A stretch of 64,000 bases of DNA from Halarcobacter sp. (GCA_048571215.1 CP182352.1:160001-224000); one strand, 5' to 3'. Positions 1 to 10,511 are shown, counted from the stretch's first letter. Translations and numbers: made by a program. Notes: generated by a model not told the origin, from the letters alone.

Positions 1-1007
1 TCGTCAATCACTGCAAGTTTACAACCAGTTTTATATCCTGGGTCCATTCCTAAGATTATGTGATTAACTAGTGGTGCTGTTAAAAGTAACTCTTTTAGGT
101 TTTTACCAAAAAGTTCAATGGCTTCCTTTGAGGCTTTCTCTTTTAGGTTTGCTATTGCTTCCCTTTTTAAACTTGGAAGAAGTAATCTTTTTAGTCCATC
201 TTTATAGGCTTCAAAAACAAAACTACTAGAGGATTTTGCCCAAGAGGGGATTTTGTACTTTTTGATATTTTCTAAAATATGTTTTTCATCGATATCAACT
301 TTTATTGATAACTCTTTTTCATTTACTGCTCTTAATATGGCTAAAACCCTGTGGGGTTTTATATATTTTATTTTCTCATTTTGCCCTACAAAACTTGTAT
401 AAACACCATCTTTTTTAAACTCTTTTGCCTCTTTTATCTCTATTATTCCCCAATTGGAAATAAGGTTTCTTAAAACCTCTTTTGATTTGAAATCATCAGC
501 ATATCTTTGGGCAATAATATCTTTTGCCCCTTGTATGGCTTCATCTATAGATTTAACATCTTTATTTGTAAAGTTTTTTGCTTTTTGTAAAACTTCATTT
601 TCATCATATTTCATTGATTGAATAATATTTGCCAAAGGCTCTAAGCCATTTTCAATCGCTTGTGAAGTTCTTGAAGATTTTTTATCTTTAAAAGGTGTGT
701 ATATATCCTCTAAGGCTTGTAAAGTTGTAGCTTCATTTAAACTTTTTTCAACTCTTTCATTTAAAAAGTTTTTCTCTTTTAGTAGTTCTAAAATCTCATT
801 TTTTCTTTGAAGTAGTTTTTTTGAGTATGAATAAACCTCTTCAAAAACTCTCAACTCTTCATCTGTTGCACTATTTGTAAACTCTTTTCTATATCTAGCG
901 ATAAAAGGGATAGTACACCCCTCATCAAGAAGTTTGATTATGTTTTCAATAACTTTTTTTGATAGGGATGTTTTCTCTTCTACTAAAGTTGTAATATTAG
1001 CACTCAA
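1..1007 (-). CDS. tex: Tex family RNA-binding/transcription accessory protein (5' part; runs off window)
   Basis: Not in the ORF track. Manual translation from TTG at 1007 gives MSANITTLVEEKTSLSKKVIENIIKLLDEGCTIPFIARYRKE (Tex N-terminal motif); later LEDIYTPFK and ILGMDPGYKTGCK. AAGGAA lies upstream and the start overlaps the previous stop. Confidence 0.9.
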   Translation of the reverse strand, partial: MSANITTLVEEKTSLSKKVIENIIKLLDEGCTIPFIARYRKEFTNSATDEELRVFEEVYSYSKKLLQRKNEILELLKEKNFLNERVEKSLNEATTLQALEDIYTPFKDKKSSRTSQAIENGLEPLANIIQSMKYDENEVLQKAKNFTNKDVKSIDEAIQGAKDIIAQRYADDFKSKEVLRNLISNWGIIEIKEAKEFKKDGVYTSFVGQNEKIKYIKPHRVLAILRAVNEKELSIKVDIDEKHILENIKKYKIPSWAKSSSSFVFEAYKDGLKRLLLPSLKREAIANLKEKASKEAIELFGKNLKELLLTAPLVNHIILGMDPGYKTGCKLAVID

Positions 1008-1734
1008 GTATAATTTCCTTGAAGTCACTTCTTGTGTTCTCTAAAGGTTTATTACTTTTTGCTCTTACTGTGTATACAAAAGAGATTTTAGCTTTATCTG
1101 TATTGTTTTTACTTGCGTGGTGAAGTGTTTTACAATGAAATAAAACAATATCTCCTTTTTCTAGATTTTGGTGAACTCTATTTTTTATAATCTCTTGATT
1201 GTATTCGTTCTCATCAACGAAGTTTGAATCCTCATCAAATGAACTTTTTTCAAAATTGATTTTATGAGTTCCTGGAATAAACTCTAATAAACCATTTTCT
1301 AAAAACTCCTCATCTAAAGCTAACCAAACAGATACTAAATCATCATTTTCAAAATTCCAATATCTTCTATCTTGGTGCCAAAATGTTCTAGTACTTTCAT
1401 GGGGTAGTTTAGTCATAATAGAGTTGTGATGGGCTAAAGTTAAAACGGGAGTATCATTTAAAACTTGTTTTAACATAGGTCTTATATCAAGATTTGTCAT
1501 CCACTCTTTAAAAATCTCTTCTCTATCATATACTTGTCTTAATCTTCTAACTGTTATTTTGTCCTCATTTAGACTCATATACTCTTGTTCACTCTCTATT
1601 GGAGCTGTTTTTTTTTCAAGATGATTTTTTGCTTTTTTTAAAATTTCATCACAAAGTTCTTCCTTGGCAAAAGATTTTATTATGATAAATCCATCTTTGT
1701 TAAATTGGTCTAATTGTTCTTGTGATAGTTTCAT
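997..1734 (-). CDS. Phytanoyl-CoA dioxygenase (PhyH) family Fe(II)/2-oxoglutarate dioxygenase
   Basis: N-terminal 'QFNKDGFIII', HxD motif WHQD, 'WLALD...NGLLEFIPGTH', distal His in 'GDIVLFHCKTLHHAS'. Confidence 0.85.
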   Translation of the reverse strand: MKLSQEQLDQFNKDGFIIIKSFAKEELCDEILKKAKNHLEKKTAPIESEQEYMSLNEDKITVRRLRQVYDREEIFKEWMTNLDIRPMLKQVLNDTPVLTLAHHNSIMTKLPHESTRTFWHQDRRYWNFENDDLVSVWLALDEEFLENGLLEFIPGTHKINFEKSSFDEDSNFVDENEYNQEIIKNRVHQNLEKGDIVLFHCKTLHHASKNNTDKAKISFVYTVRAKSNKPLENTRSDFKEIILEC

Positions 1735-1775
1735 TGTTTTCCTAGAAATTTAATTGTGTAATTCTACTTTAGTTT

Positions 1776-2213
1776 TTATATTACAAACATTAATTTTGCT
1801 AAGATTATTATAATAACACCTAAAAATAAAACTATATTATGAAAGTGTGCCATTATAGGATTTGGTTTCTTTTTTAATACTCTTCTAGTTAAGGAGTAGA
1901 TTATACCGCTTACAATAATTAGGGCGAGTAATACTTTTATCAAAAGAAGTATTTGTAAATTTGAGTTTATAAATCCCTTTTCACTATTTATATATTTTGA
2001 AAACATAAATCCACCTGAGAGTACAAGCAGTAATACACTTAGTGGAAAAATTTTTCTTGCTCTATTTGAGATAGTTTGTTTAACTTTTTCTTGGGTTTTT
2101 TCATCTAAGACATCTTTTATTGCAGGAAATACAAAAACATCTGCAAATACATAACCTATAAATATTATTGCACAAAAAAGATGGATTATTAAAGCTATTG
2201 GATAAGCATCCAT
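1776..2213 (-). CDS. 4-TM membrane protein, CopD-like family
   Basis: Four hydrophobic segments; 'IHLFCAIIFIG', 'SGG', 'LLLIKVLLA', C-terminal 'ILAKLMF'. Family assignment from memory. Confidence 0.6.
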   Translation of the reverse strand: MDAYPIALIIHLFCAIIFIGYVFADVFVFPAIKDVLDEKTQEKVKQTISNRARKIFPLSVLLLVLSGGFMFSKYINSEKGFINSNLQILLLIKVLLALIIVSGIIYSLTRRVLKKKPNPIMAHFHNIVLFLGVIIIILAKLMFVI

Positions 2214-2239
2214 TTAAGTCCTTATATTTTATTTTGAGA

Positions 2240-2281
2240 ATTATAATCAAAATAAGGTTTGAAATCATTGATATACATCAA
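2240..2281 (-). promoter_or_regulatory. FNR/Crp-family box with class II promoter geometry
   Basis: Perfect TTGAT-ATAC-ATCAA at 2268-2281. Minus-strand TATAAT at 2245-2240 puts the box centre at about -41.5. Confidence 0.7.
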
Positions 2282-2352
2282 TTTATAAGAAGAATTATTT
2301 TATAATCTCACATGCATGGAAATTGATTAAAACATTATCTAAAGGAAACTAT

Positions 2353-2778
2353 ATGAAAAAGTTTTTATCAGTTGTGAGTATTGGTGCATTTTTGTTAACT
2401 TCAAATTTACAAGCAGAACAAAACAAAGGTTTAAATGTTGTTTTAACTTCAGGTGAGCCTCAAACTCAATTGATGGCAATGGTTCTATCAATGATGACTT
2501 TAAATCAAGAAAAATTAGTTAATATGACTCTTTGTTCAAAAGCGGGTGATTTAGCTATAAAAGGGAAAGAGAGTCCTATTTTAAAACCTAAAAATAAATC
2601 TCCTAAAATGATGCTTCAAGCAATAATGAAAAAAGGTGCAAAAGTGGAAGTTTGTCCTTTATATCTTCCAAATGCTAATTTAGATAAATCAAACCTAATA
2701 GAGGGTATAAATGTAGCAAAACCACCAATGGTGGCTAAGCAGTTATTAAATAGTGAATTTACTACTTTAAGTTACTAA
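2353..2778 (+). CDS. Exported DsrE-like protein
   Basis: ATG at 2353 after AAAGGAA; signal peptide ending LQA; 'LCSKAGDLA' and 'KGAKVEVCPLY' Cys motifs. Confidence 0.7.
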   Translation: MKKFLSVVSIGAFLLTSNLQAEQNKGLNVVLTSGEPQTQLMAMVLSMMTLNQEKLVNMTLCSKAGDLAIKGKESPILKPKNKSPKMMLQAIMKKGAKVEVCPLYLPNANLDKSNLIEGINVAKPPMVAKQLLNSEFTTLSY

Positions 2779-2808
2779 AAATTTAAGAGGAGTTTTCCTC
2801 TTAAATTT
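2779..2808. terminator. Bidirectional intrinsic terminator
   Basis: AAATTTAAGAGGA-GTTT-TCCTCTTAAATTT perfect hairpin between convergent genes. Confidence 0.75.
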
Positions 2809-3676
2809 ATGGATGTACCTCTTTTAGTGCATCAGCAATAGATGTAATAGTTCTAACTGTACAAACTCCTGCTCTTTCTAAGGCTGCATATTTTTCATTT
2901 GCAGTTCCTTTACTTCCATCAATAATTGCCCCAGCATGACCCATTCTTTTACCTTTTGGTGCAGTAACTCCAGCGATGTAAGAAACAACAGGTTTAGTAA
3001 CATACTCTTTTATAAATTCTGCTGCTGCTTCCTCTTTTGCTCCACCAATCTCACCAATCATCACTATAGCTTTTGTATCTGGGTCTGCTTCAAACATCCT
3101 TAACATATCTATAAAATCACTTCCAGGAACTGCATCTCCTCCAATACCAACGCAAGTGCTTTGACCAAATCCTGCAAGGGTTGATTGATTTACAGCTTCA
3201 TAGGTTAAAGTACCTGAACGCGAGACTATACCAACACTTCCTGGCATATGAATAGATTCTGGCATAATCCCCATCTTACATTGACCTGGTGTTATTATCC
3301 CTGGGCAATTTGGACCAATAAGTCTTGATCCATTTAAATCGATTGCAGCTTTTACATCAAGCATATCTAAAGTTGGGATACCTTCTGTTATACAAACGAT
3401 TGTTTCAATACCATTTTCACTAGCTTCAATAATTGCATCTTTGCAAAAGGGTGCTGGAACATAGATGATTGAAGCATTTGCCCCTGTTAGTCTTTTTGCA
3501 CACTCAACTGTGTTATAAATTGGTAAATCCAAATGTGTCTGACCCCTTTTACCTGGTACAACACCTGAAACAACATTTGTACCATATGCTATAGCTCTTT
3601 GGGTATGGAAACTTGCTTGTGCTCCTGTTAAACCTTGAACTAATACTTTTGTGTTTTTATCAATTAAAATAGCCAT
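2807..3676 (-). CDS. sucD: Succinyl-CoA synthetase alpha subunit
   Basis: 'IGPNCPG', 'SRSGTLTYE', phospho-His motif 'RMGHAGA'. Confidence 0.97.
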   Translation of the reverse strand: MAILIDKNTKVLVQGLTGAQASFHTQRAIAYGTNVVSGVVPGKRGQTHLDLPIYNTVECAKRLTGANASIIYVPAPFCKDAIIEASENGIETIVCITEGIPTLDMLDVKAAIDLNGSRLIGPNCPGIITPGQCKMGIMPESIHMPGSVGIVSRSGTLTYEAVNQSTLAGFGQSTCVGIGGDAVPGSDFIDMLRMFEADPDTKAIVMIGEIGGAKEEAAAEFIKEYVTKPVVSYIAGVTAPKGKRMGHAGAIIDGSKGTANEKYAALERAGVCTVRTITSIADALKEVHP

Positions 3677-4854
3677 TAGTTCGCCCCTTTTTCATCTTGC
3701 GTAAGTTCTATGATTTTTTGTGCTGCTTTATCAAGATTTGCTTCTTCGTATACAGATACCTCAGAGTTTTTGATAAGTTCCAGACCCTCTTTAGCATTTG
3801 TTCCCTCTAGTCTCACAACTATAGGGATATTTATATTCATAGCTTTAACGGCACTAATAATACCCGAAGCTATAATATCACACCTTACAATACCCCCAAA
3901 GATATTTACTAAAATACCATTTACTTTTTCATCTGAAAGTATAATTCCAAAGGCTTCAATAACTCTTTTTTCATTTACACTACCACCAACATCTAAAAAG
4001 TTTGCAGGTTCCCCACCGTGAGTATTTATAAGATCCATAGTAGCCATTGCTAAACCAGCACCATTTACCATACAACCAATATTACCATCAAGTGAAACAT
4101 AGTTTAAGTCAAGTTTTTCAGCTTTTAGTTCTCTGCTATCCTCTTGTGATTCATCTCTAATCTCATTTATCTTAGCTTGTCTGTAAAGTGCTGAGTTATC
4201 CACAACAACCTTACCATCAAGACAGATTATATAACCTTGTTTTGTGATAACTAAAGGATTTATCTCAACAAGTGAAAGGTCATTTTCCACAAACATTTTA
4301 TAAATCTTTTGCATCAAATCAATCATTTGAGCGCTTTGTGTTTTATCCAAACCTAAATCATCGCAGATTTGTCTACATTGTGCTGGCATAATTCCAACTA
4401 CAGGATTGATTGGGTTTCTTAAAATCTTTTCTGGAAATTTTTCAGCTACCTCTTCAATCTCCATACCACCTTCACTTGAAGTTATTATCATAACCCTTTG
4501 AGAGGTTCTATCAACAATAAAAGCTAAATATATCTCTCCAACTATATCGCAAGGTTCTTCAATATAAATAGAGTTTACAGGTTGACCCTCTTTAGTAGTT
4601 TGATATGTTACAAGATTACTTCCAAGTAATCTTCTAACCTCTTCATTTGCCTCTTGTTTAGAGTCAACAAGTACAACTCCACCAGCTTTTCCACGACCAC
4701 CCGCATGAACTTGTGCTTTTATAACCCATCTATCTTTTCCAATAGTTCTTAATATATCATCAAGTTGCGAAGGGTGAGTTAGTAGTTTCCCTTTAGTTGT
4801 AGGAATATCATATTTTCTATATAAATTTTTTGCTTGATATTCATGTAAATTCAT
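3676..4854 (-). CDS. sucC: Succinyl-CoA synthetase beta subunit
   Basis: Starts MNLHEYQAK at 4854 with GGAG RBS; '[15 protein letters not shown]', '[11 protein letters not shown]', '[10 protein letters not shown]'. Confidence 0.97.
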   Translation of the reverse strand: MNLHEYQAKNLYRKYDIPTTKGKLLTHPSQLDDILRTIGKDRWVIKAQVHAGGRGKAGGVVLVDSKQEANEEVRRLLGSNLVTYQTTKEGQPVNSIYIEEPCDIVGEIYLAFIVDRTSQRVMIITSSEGGMEIEEVAEKFPEKILRNPINPVVGIMPAQCRQICDDLGLDKTQSAQMIDLMQKIYKMFVENDLSLVEINPLVITKQGYIICLDGKVVVDNSALYRQAKINEIRDESQEDSRELKAEKLDLNYVSLDGNIGCMVNGAGLAMATMDLINTHGGEPANFLDVGGSVNEKRVIEAFGIILSDEKVNGILVNIFGGIVRCDIIASGIISAVKAMNINIPIVVRLEGTNAKEGLELIKNSEVSVYEEANLDKAAQKIIELTQDEKGAN

Positions 4855-4951
4855 TATATCTCCAAATAGTGTTTCCAATGGAAACTTTTTGTGAAATTAT
4901 ACAGAAATTTTCTTAATTTTATATATTTATAAGAAATAGTATTTTGAAAAT

Positions 4952-4982
4952 AAAAAGGGGTTAAAAAAAAGATTTAACCCCT
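4952..4982 (-). terminator. Intrinsic terminator after ALDH copy 1
   Basis: AGGGGTTAAA...TTTAACCCCT stem followed by a T-run on the minus strand. A TATAAT at 4901-4896 suggests sucCD has its own promoter. Confidence 0.6.
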
Positions 4983-5000
4983 AAAGAAAGTTTTAATATT

Positions 5001-6392
5001 TTATAAAGAAGGGGATTTAATAACCATCATTTTTTGGTTTTGCATTTCTCTCATAGAATCAGCGATACCACCAAGACCAAGACCAGAAGTTTTAGCACCA
5101 CCAAAAGGCATCCAGTCAACTCTAAATGCAGTATGGTCATTTACCATAATAGCTGTACCATTTAATCTTTTAACTGCTTTAAGTGCAGTGTCAATATTTT
5201 TAGTAAATACAGCAGCTTGGAATGAAACATCTAATTGATTCGCTCTGTCAATAGCTTCATCTAAAGTTTTATATGAATAAACAACAACAACTGGACCAAA
5301 AATCTCTTTTTGAGAAATGATAGCATCATCAGCTGGGTTTACAATTACAGTTGGTTCATAACAAGAATCAGAGATTCTTTTACCACCAATTAAAATTTTA
5401 CCACCCTTAGTAACAGCTTCATTAACCCACTCTTCAACTCTATTTACTTCATTGTGATTAATTAATGGACCAACTTCAGTTTTTGGGTCTAATTGATCAC
5501 CAACAACCAATTTAGAAGCATAGTCAGTTAATTTATTTGCAACTTCATCACAAATAGATTCATGTACAAAAATTCTTTGAACAGATACACAAACTTGACC
5601 AGCATGATAAAAACCACCTTTTCCTAAATCAGGAATCATAGCATCTATATCTGCATCTGGCTCAACAATAACAGGAGCAACCCCACCATGCTCTAAAGCA
5701 GATCTAGTTCCAGGAGATGCTTTTGAGTTTAAGTACCAACCAACAGGTCCTGAACCAATAAATGTAAAGAATGCAGTTTTAGGAGATGTTACAAGTAGCT
5801 CTCCCCCTTTTCTGTCACAAACAACAGCTTGTGCCCAACCATCAGGAAGTCCAGCTTCTTTTAAAATCTCAACTAATCTAATAGCTGACATAGGAGTTTG
5901 AGTAGCTGGTCTAATAATTACAGGACAACCAACAGCAATAGCAGGTATTACTTGGTGAACTGCAAGGTTAAAAGGATGGTTAAATGCAGAGATTGCTGCA
6001 ACTACACCAATAGGTTCTTTCATTGTGTAAGCCATTCTGTTTACACTAGTAGGTGTGTGACCCATAGCAATCTCATGACCCTCTTGTACACTTAATTGCT
6101 CAATAGCAATCTTAATACCATTGATAGCTCTTAGAACTTCAACCTTAGAATCCATATATGGTTTACCACCTTCACTAGCACAAAGAATAGTTAACTCTTC
6201 TACTTGTGAAGACATAATTTTCATAACATTTTCTAAAATCTCAACTCTTTTAAATTTTGGAATCCAGTTATCAACATCTAAAAACTTCTCATAAGCTAAA
6301 TCTATTGTAGATTCTACTTCTTCAAAACTACTAAATGGTACTTCTCCTACTACTTTCCCATCATATGGTGATGTTACTTCTATTTTACTCAT
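5001..6392 (-). CDS. Aldehyde dehydrogenase, copy 1 (ALDH21/RL0313-like; probable NADP-dependent succinic semialdehyde dehydrogenase)
   Basis: 'AFNHPFNL', 'FIGSG', catalytic Glu in LEHGG, catalytic Cys in GQVCVS, 'EIFGPV', 'MPFGG'. Substrate is inferred from context. Confidence 0.9.
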   Translation of the reverse strand: MSKIEVTSPYDGKVVGEVPFSSFEEVESTIDLAYEKFLDVDNWIPKFKRVEILENVMKIMSSQVEELTILCASEGGKPYMDSKVEVLRAINGIKIAIEQLSVQEGHEIAMGHTPTSVNRMAYTMKEPIGVVAAISAFNHPFNLAVHQVIPAIAVGCPVIIRPATQTPMSAIRLVEILKEAGLPDGWAQAVVCDRKGGELLVTSPKTAFFTFIGSGPVGWYLNSKASPGTRSALEHGGVAPVIVEPDADIDAMIPDLGKGGFYHAGQVCVSVQRIFVHESICDEVANKLTDYASKLVVGDQLDPKTEVGPLINHNEVNRVEEWVNEAVTKGGKILIGGKRISDSCYEPTVIVNPADDAIISQKEIFGPVVVVYSYKTLDEAIDRANQLDVSFQAAVFTKNIDTALKAVKRLNGTAIMVNDHTAFRVDWMPFGGAKTSGLGLGGIADSMREMQNQKMMVIKSPSL

Positions 6393-6399
6393 GTTTTTT
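5001..6399. repeat. Direct repeat A, copy 1 (partner 18896-20294)
   Basis: Identical translation. By eye only three nucleotide differences were found, all synonymous (5010, 5013, 5916). Flanks are unrelated. Confidence 0.97.
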
Positions 6400-6423
6400 T
6401 CCTTATTTAAAATTTATTATTAA

Positions 6424-6951
6424 TTAATTTTGTGTAAAATCTTTTGCATTAAAAGATAAATCATCTGAAGACAATCGATATAGTTTCAGGTTATCTACAC
6501 AATAAGCACCTTGTTTTTCATAAAACTTCATTGCTTTATTATTCCAATCTAAACATGCCCATTCTAAATATTCACACCCTTTATCAATAGAATATTTTGC
6601 AAGATATTGAAACATGATTTTTCCTAAACCCTTACCTCTTACACACTCATCTATAAAAAATGCATCGATATATAGTCCTTTTCGACCAGAAAATGCAGAA
6701 CTCTTTTGATGAAAATATATAAAAGAGCATATCTTGTTTTTATAAATACCAAAAACGGCTTCTCCTAATTTTTCATCTAACAATCTTTTTATACGTTTTG
6801 GTGTTGCTGTTATAGCATCTTCCATTTTTTGAAAAGTTCCAAGTTTTTTCATGAAAGTTACAATTAATTGTGCATCGTCACTTGTTGCCATTCTTAAACT
6901 ATAATCTGAATTTTTGCTAGATATTAAATTTTCCTTTACTTTTTCAGACAT
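6424..6951 (-). CDS. GNAT N-acetyltransferase, diamine/SSAT-like
   Basis: 'GLYIDAFFIDECVRGKGLGK' acetyl-CoA motif; 'LEWACLDWNNKAMKFYEKQGA'. Confidence 0.85.
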   Translation of the reverse strand: MSEKVKENLISSKNSDYSLRMATSDDAQLIVTFMKKLGTFQKMEDAITATPKRIKRLLDEKLGEAVFGIYKNKICSFIYFHQKSSAFSGRKGLYIDAFFIDECVRGKGLGKIMFQYLAKYSIDKGCEYLEWACLDWNNKAMKFYEKQGAYCVDNLKLYRLSSDDLSFNAKDFTQN

Positions 6952-6964
6952 AATATTGGTTTGT

Positions 6965-7408
6965 TTATTGATAATCAGTTAATCTTATTACAAATACTGA
7001 ACATGCAGCATGTCTCATAACACGCTCTGAAGTACTACTTATAAAGTAACTTCCAAGTCCCGGTTTTGTTGCCATCATAACAATAGCATCAGCCTTAATT
7101 CTTCTAGCTTCTTCTAGAATCTCCCTATGTGCTGAACCATCTCTTATATTAAAAGTGATTTTATCTTCAGGCAAGGAGTGCTTTTTTGCGATTTTTTTCA
7201 ACTCAATAAATGCATCATGATTGTAGTGTTTCTCATTTTCATCATCAAGAATTGGGTAAACAGAGCCATGAGCTCTATTTTCATTAACATATAATAAAGA
7301 TAATTTTCCATCTTCATTATTTAGTACTTCTAATGCTCCTGCAAAAAGTTTTTCGTGATTATCTATATAATCTAAATGCAATGGAACTAAAATATTTTTG
7401 AACATCAT
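6965..7408 (-). CDS. Universal stress protein (UspA family)
   Basis: 'FKNILVPL', 'GSAHREILEEA...ADAIVM', 'STSERVMRHAACSVFVIR'. Confidence 0.9.
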   Translation of the reverse strand: MMFKNILVPLHLDYIDNHEKLFAGALEVLNNEDGKLSLLYVNENRAHGSVYPILDDENEKHYNHDAFIELKKIAKKHSLPEDKITFNIRDGSAHREILEEARRIKADAIVMMATKPGLGSYFISSTSERVMRHAACSVFVIRLTDYQ

Positions 7409-7416
7409 TATGCCTT

Positions 7417-8550
7417 TCACATTGATTTATCAAGTATTTTTTCTACTATTGTAGAATTTACGATTTTATTTTCACCAAATTCGCTAAATCCATGTTTTTC
7501 TAATAATGGAATTACCTTTTGTTTTACTTCTTTATCATCAGTATATTTTGAAAGTTTAAGTTCCACACCTAATGATTTATATAAGTCTTCAATTTTTTCT
7601 ATTATCTCATCTTCATCTTGGGTATCAATATTAAATACATTTTTTCCCAATTGAATAAGTTTGTCTCTTTTATGTTCTTTTAATACTCTTAAAAGATTTG
7701 GTTGTATAATTGCCAAAGTTCTAGCATGGTCAATTCCATATAGTCCACTAAGCTCATGACCTATATAGTGTGTAGCCCAATCTTGAGGTACACCTAAACA
7801 AATAAGACCATTTAGTGCTTGGTTTGCCAACCACATTAGGTTTGCATACCAAAGATCATTTTTATTATCTATTGTTGATGCTAATTCAACTAGTGCTCTT
7901 AATATCCCTTCACTATAGTTATCTTGTGCTAACATACCATGTTTATATGTAAGATATTGTTCACAGGTGTGAATAAAAGAATCAATAAGTCCATTTACTA
8001 TTTGTCTTTCATCTAAACTTTTTAGTACGTCTGGGTCCAATATAGCAAATTTTGGGAAAGAGTGTTCTGATCTAAAAAATCTTTTTTCTTTTGTCTGTTT
8101 TTTTGTTATAACAGAACCTGTATTTGATTCACTCCCTGTTGCTGCTAGTGTTAAAACAGCTCCAATTGGTAAGGCTTTTGTAGAGATATATTTACCTTCA
8201 AGCAAATCCCAAGGCTCTCCATCATAATAAAAAGCATTAGCTACATATTTTGCACCATCAATTACAGAACCTCCACCTACAGCTAATATATAATCAACAT
8301 TTTTCTCTTTTGCTAATTTTATTGCATTGTCAAGATTTTCTTTTGTAGGGTTTGGCTCTACTCCACTAAATTCATACCAAGTGTATCCTTCCAAAGAGTC
8401 TACAACTTGTTTGTATACACCATTTCTTTTTATACTTCCACCACCATATATAAATAATACCTTGTGGTTTTTTGGAATAAATGAAGATATAGTGTTGATT
8501 TTACCTTGCCCAAACTCGATTCGAGTAGGATTTAAATATGAAAATTCCAT
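7417..8550 (-). CDS. yqhD: Iron-containing, NADPH-dependent alcohol dehydrogenase/aldehyde reductase (YqhD-like)
   Basis: 'NPTRIEFGQG', 'YGGGS', 'GGGSVIDGAK', 'GVPQDWATHYIGHELSGLYGIDHARTL'. Confidence 0.88.
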   Translation of the reverse strand: MEFSYLNPTRIEFGQGKINTISSFIPKNHKVLFIYGGGSIKRNGVYKQVVDSLEGYTWYEFSGVEPNPTKENLDNAIKLAKEKNVDYILAVGGGSVIDGAKYVANAFYYDGEPWDLLEGKYISTKALPIGAVLTLAATGSESNTGSVITKKQTKEKRFFRSEHSFPKFAILDPDVLKSLDERQIVNGLIDSFIHTCEQYLTYKHGMLAQDNYSEGILRALVELASTIDNKNDLWYANLMWLANQALNGLICLGVPQDWATHYIGHELSGLYGIDHARTLAIIQPNLLRVLKEHKRDKLIQLGKNVFNIDTQDEDEIIEKIEDLYKSLGVELKLSKYTDDKEVKQKVIPLLEKHGFSEFGENKIVNSTIVEKILDKSM

Positions 8551-8636
8551 TTTTTTCCTTCTTTAGAAATTTTTAAATTTAGTGATTATCCAGAAAGGTT
8601 TGTACTACCTTTCTGAAAGGGAGTTTATAAATCCCT

Positions 8637-9959
8637 TTATCCCATAACTTTATCTGGTAACCAAAGAACAATCTCTGGGAAAACCATACAGATAATTAGA
8701 ACTGTTAAATTTACTAAAATAAATGGAGTAACTGATTTATAAATCTCTCCCATTCCTATTTCTGGTGGTGCAATACCTTTTAAATAAAATAGTGCAAAAC
8801 CATAAGGTGGAGTTTGTACTGCTATTAAAATATTTATAATCATTAAAACACCAAACCAAATTGGGTCATATCCTAAACTAACAGCAATTGGTGTAAATAG
8901 TGGTGCACACATTAGTACAATAATAAACTCATCAATAATAAATCCAAGGAAAAGCATAATAAATTGAAACATAATAATAATCATAATTGGAGGTAGGTCT
9001 AATCCATGAGTAAAATCTGCAATCATCCCTTGAATTCCCATTAATAAATGGAAGTTACTAAATACAGAAGCACCTAAAATAATCCACATGGCAACACTTA
9101 CTAAGATACCTGTTTGTAGTCCAACTGTTCGCATCATTTCTAATTTGAATCGTTTAAAGAATATTGCAAGTAAAATTGCACCAACAACACCTAAGGCACC
9201 AGATTCAGTTGGAGTTGCTATTCCACTAATAATACTACCTAGAACAACAAAGATTAAACCAATTGAAAGAAAACCATCTCTAAATACTCTAAGTTTTTCT
9301 TTCCCTTTTAGTTTAGGTAAACCTGGATTGTTTTCACTAAGTAGTGGAGCATTTTCAGGTTTGATAATTGAACTAATTATAATATATGTAACAAGTAGAA
9401 TTACAGTAATAAGTGCAGGTACCATAGCTCCTAAGAACATTCTACCTACTGAATTTTGAGTTGAAGCTGCAAACATAATCATTGGAATACTTGGTGGGAT
9501 TAAAATACCTAAAGCTCCACCAGCCATAATAGTTCCAAGAGCTAGTCTTTTATTATATCCAGCATCTAGCATTGGTTTTAAGGCAATACTTCCTGAGCTC
9601 ATAATACCAGCACCAATGATACCAACCATTGCACCAATCATCGAACAAATAAAAACTACACTGATAGCTAAAGAACCTCTAATCTTACCAATCATCATTT
9701 GACTTGCTTTAAACATTGCATCACCAATACCTGAGTGGGTTAAGAGTTGTCCCATATATATGTAAAGGGGAATAGCCAGTAAAATAAAACTAAAAAAAGT
9801 TGATTCAACAGTAGTTGGAATTACATTAAAAATTCCCTCTCCCCAAGTGAAATAACCTATTAACATAGCAATTCCACCTAAAGCTAAACCTACAGGAGCA
9901 CCTAGTGCAAAGAATATTAAAATACATAATAATAATACCCCTGTTAATAATTCAATACT
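8637..9959 (-). CDS. dctM: TRAP transporter large permease
   Basis: 'LLAIPLYIYMG', 'GALGILIPPSIPMI', 'GIATPTESGA', 'QTPPYG'. Start MSIELL follows AAGGAG. Confidence 0.93.
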   Translation of the reverse strand, partial: SIELLTGVLLLCILIFFALGAPVGLALGGIAMLIGYFTWGEGIFNVIPTTVESTFFSFILLAIPLYIYMGQLLTHSGIGDAMFKASQMMIGKIRGSLAISVVFICSMIGAMVGIIGAGIMSSGSIALKPMLDAGYNKRLALGTIMAGGALGILIPPSIPMIMFAASTQNSVGRMFLGAMVPALITVILLVTYIIISSIIKPENAPLLSENNPGLPKLKGKEKLRVFRDGFLSIGLIFVVLGSIISGIATPTESGALGVVGAILLAIFFKRFKLEMMRTVGLQTGILVSVAMWIILGASVFSNFHLLMGIQGMIADFTHGLDLPPIMIIIMFQFIMLFLGFIIDEFIIVLMCAPLFTPIAVSLGYDPIWFGVLMIINILIAVQTPPYGFALFYLKGIAPPEIGMGEIYKSVTPFILVNLTVLIICMVFPEIVLWLPDKVMG

Positions 9960-10494
9960 CATTCTTAGACTCCTTTTCAATTAAAGGTGAACCAGTAAAT
10001 AAATGGTAAGCCTCTTCAATAATATCTCTTAATAATTGTATTGCAAAAGTAACACTTGCTACCCCTAACATTACCCAAAAGTGCCACATTACAGGTGCCC
10101 ATTCGCTTTGACGTCTATAATCAAACTCTACTGCTTCATTAAATTTTGTAATACTCATATAAAAAATGATTATTAGAAAAAATATTCCCAATGAAAAAGA
10201 GATTATGTTAAAGATATTTTTTACTTTAGGCGAAACTGATAAATATAGAATATCAACATTAATATGAGCTTTCCTTTGTTGAGCATAAGCTCCCCCTAAA
10301 GCAGCAATATAGCCAAATAGAAATAGTGATAAATCGTATGCCCAAATTGTAGGGGCATCAAATATATATCTAGCAACCACTTCAAAAGCAACAATAAAAG
10401 CAAGGATGGGCATCAAATATGATGTCCCTTTCCCTAACCACATGACAATTGTATCAACTGTCTTGCAAAATAATTGTAAGAATTTTTTAAACAT
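9952..10494 (-). CDS. dctQ: TRAP transporter small permease
   Basis: 4 TM; 'EVVARYIFDAPTIWAYD', 'HINVD'; lies between dctP and dctM. Confidence 0.92.
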   Translation of the reverse strand: MFKKFLQLFCKTVDTIVMWLGKGTSYLMPILAFIVAFEVVARYIFDAPTIWAYDLSLFLFGYIAALGGAYAQQRKAHINVDILYLSVSPKVKNIFNIISFSLGIFFLIIIFYMSITKFNEAVEFDYRRQSEWAPVMWHFWVMLGVASVTFAIQLLRDIIEEAYHLFTGSPLIEKESKNEY

Positions 10495-10511
10495 GGTATA
10501 ACCTGTCAAAA

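Noticed and set aside
997..1734. Possible ectoine hydroxylase EctD, given the TRAP+Usp nearby
   Set aside because: It lacks the EctD signature (WHSDFETWH.EDG); it reads WHQDRRYW, so it is a generic PhyH-family enzyme.
8591..8615. Hairpin CAGAAAGGT-N7-ACCTTTCTG between dctM and yqhD as a terminator
   Set aside because: There is no U-tract on the coding strand; at most it is a stabilising or attenuating stem, so it is not called.
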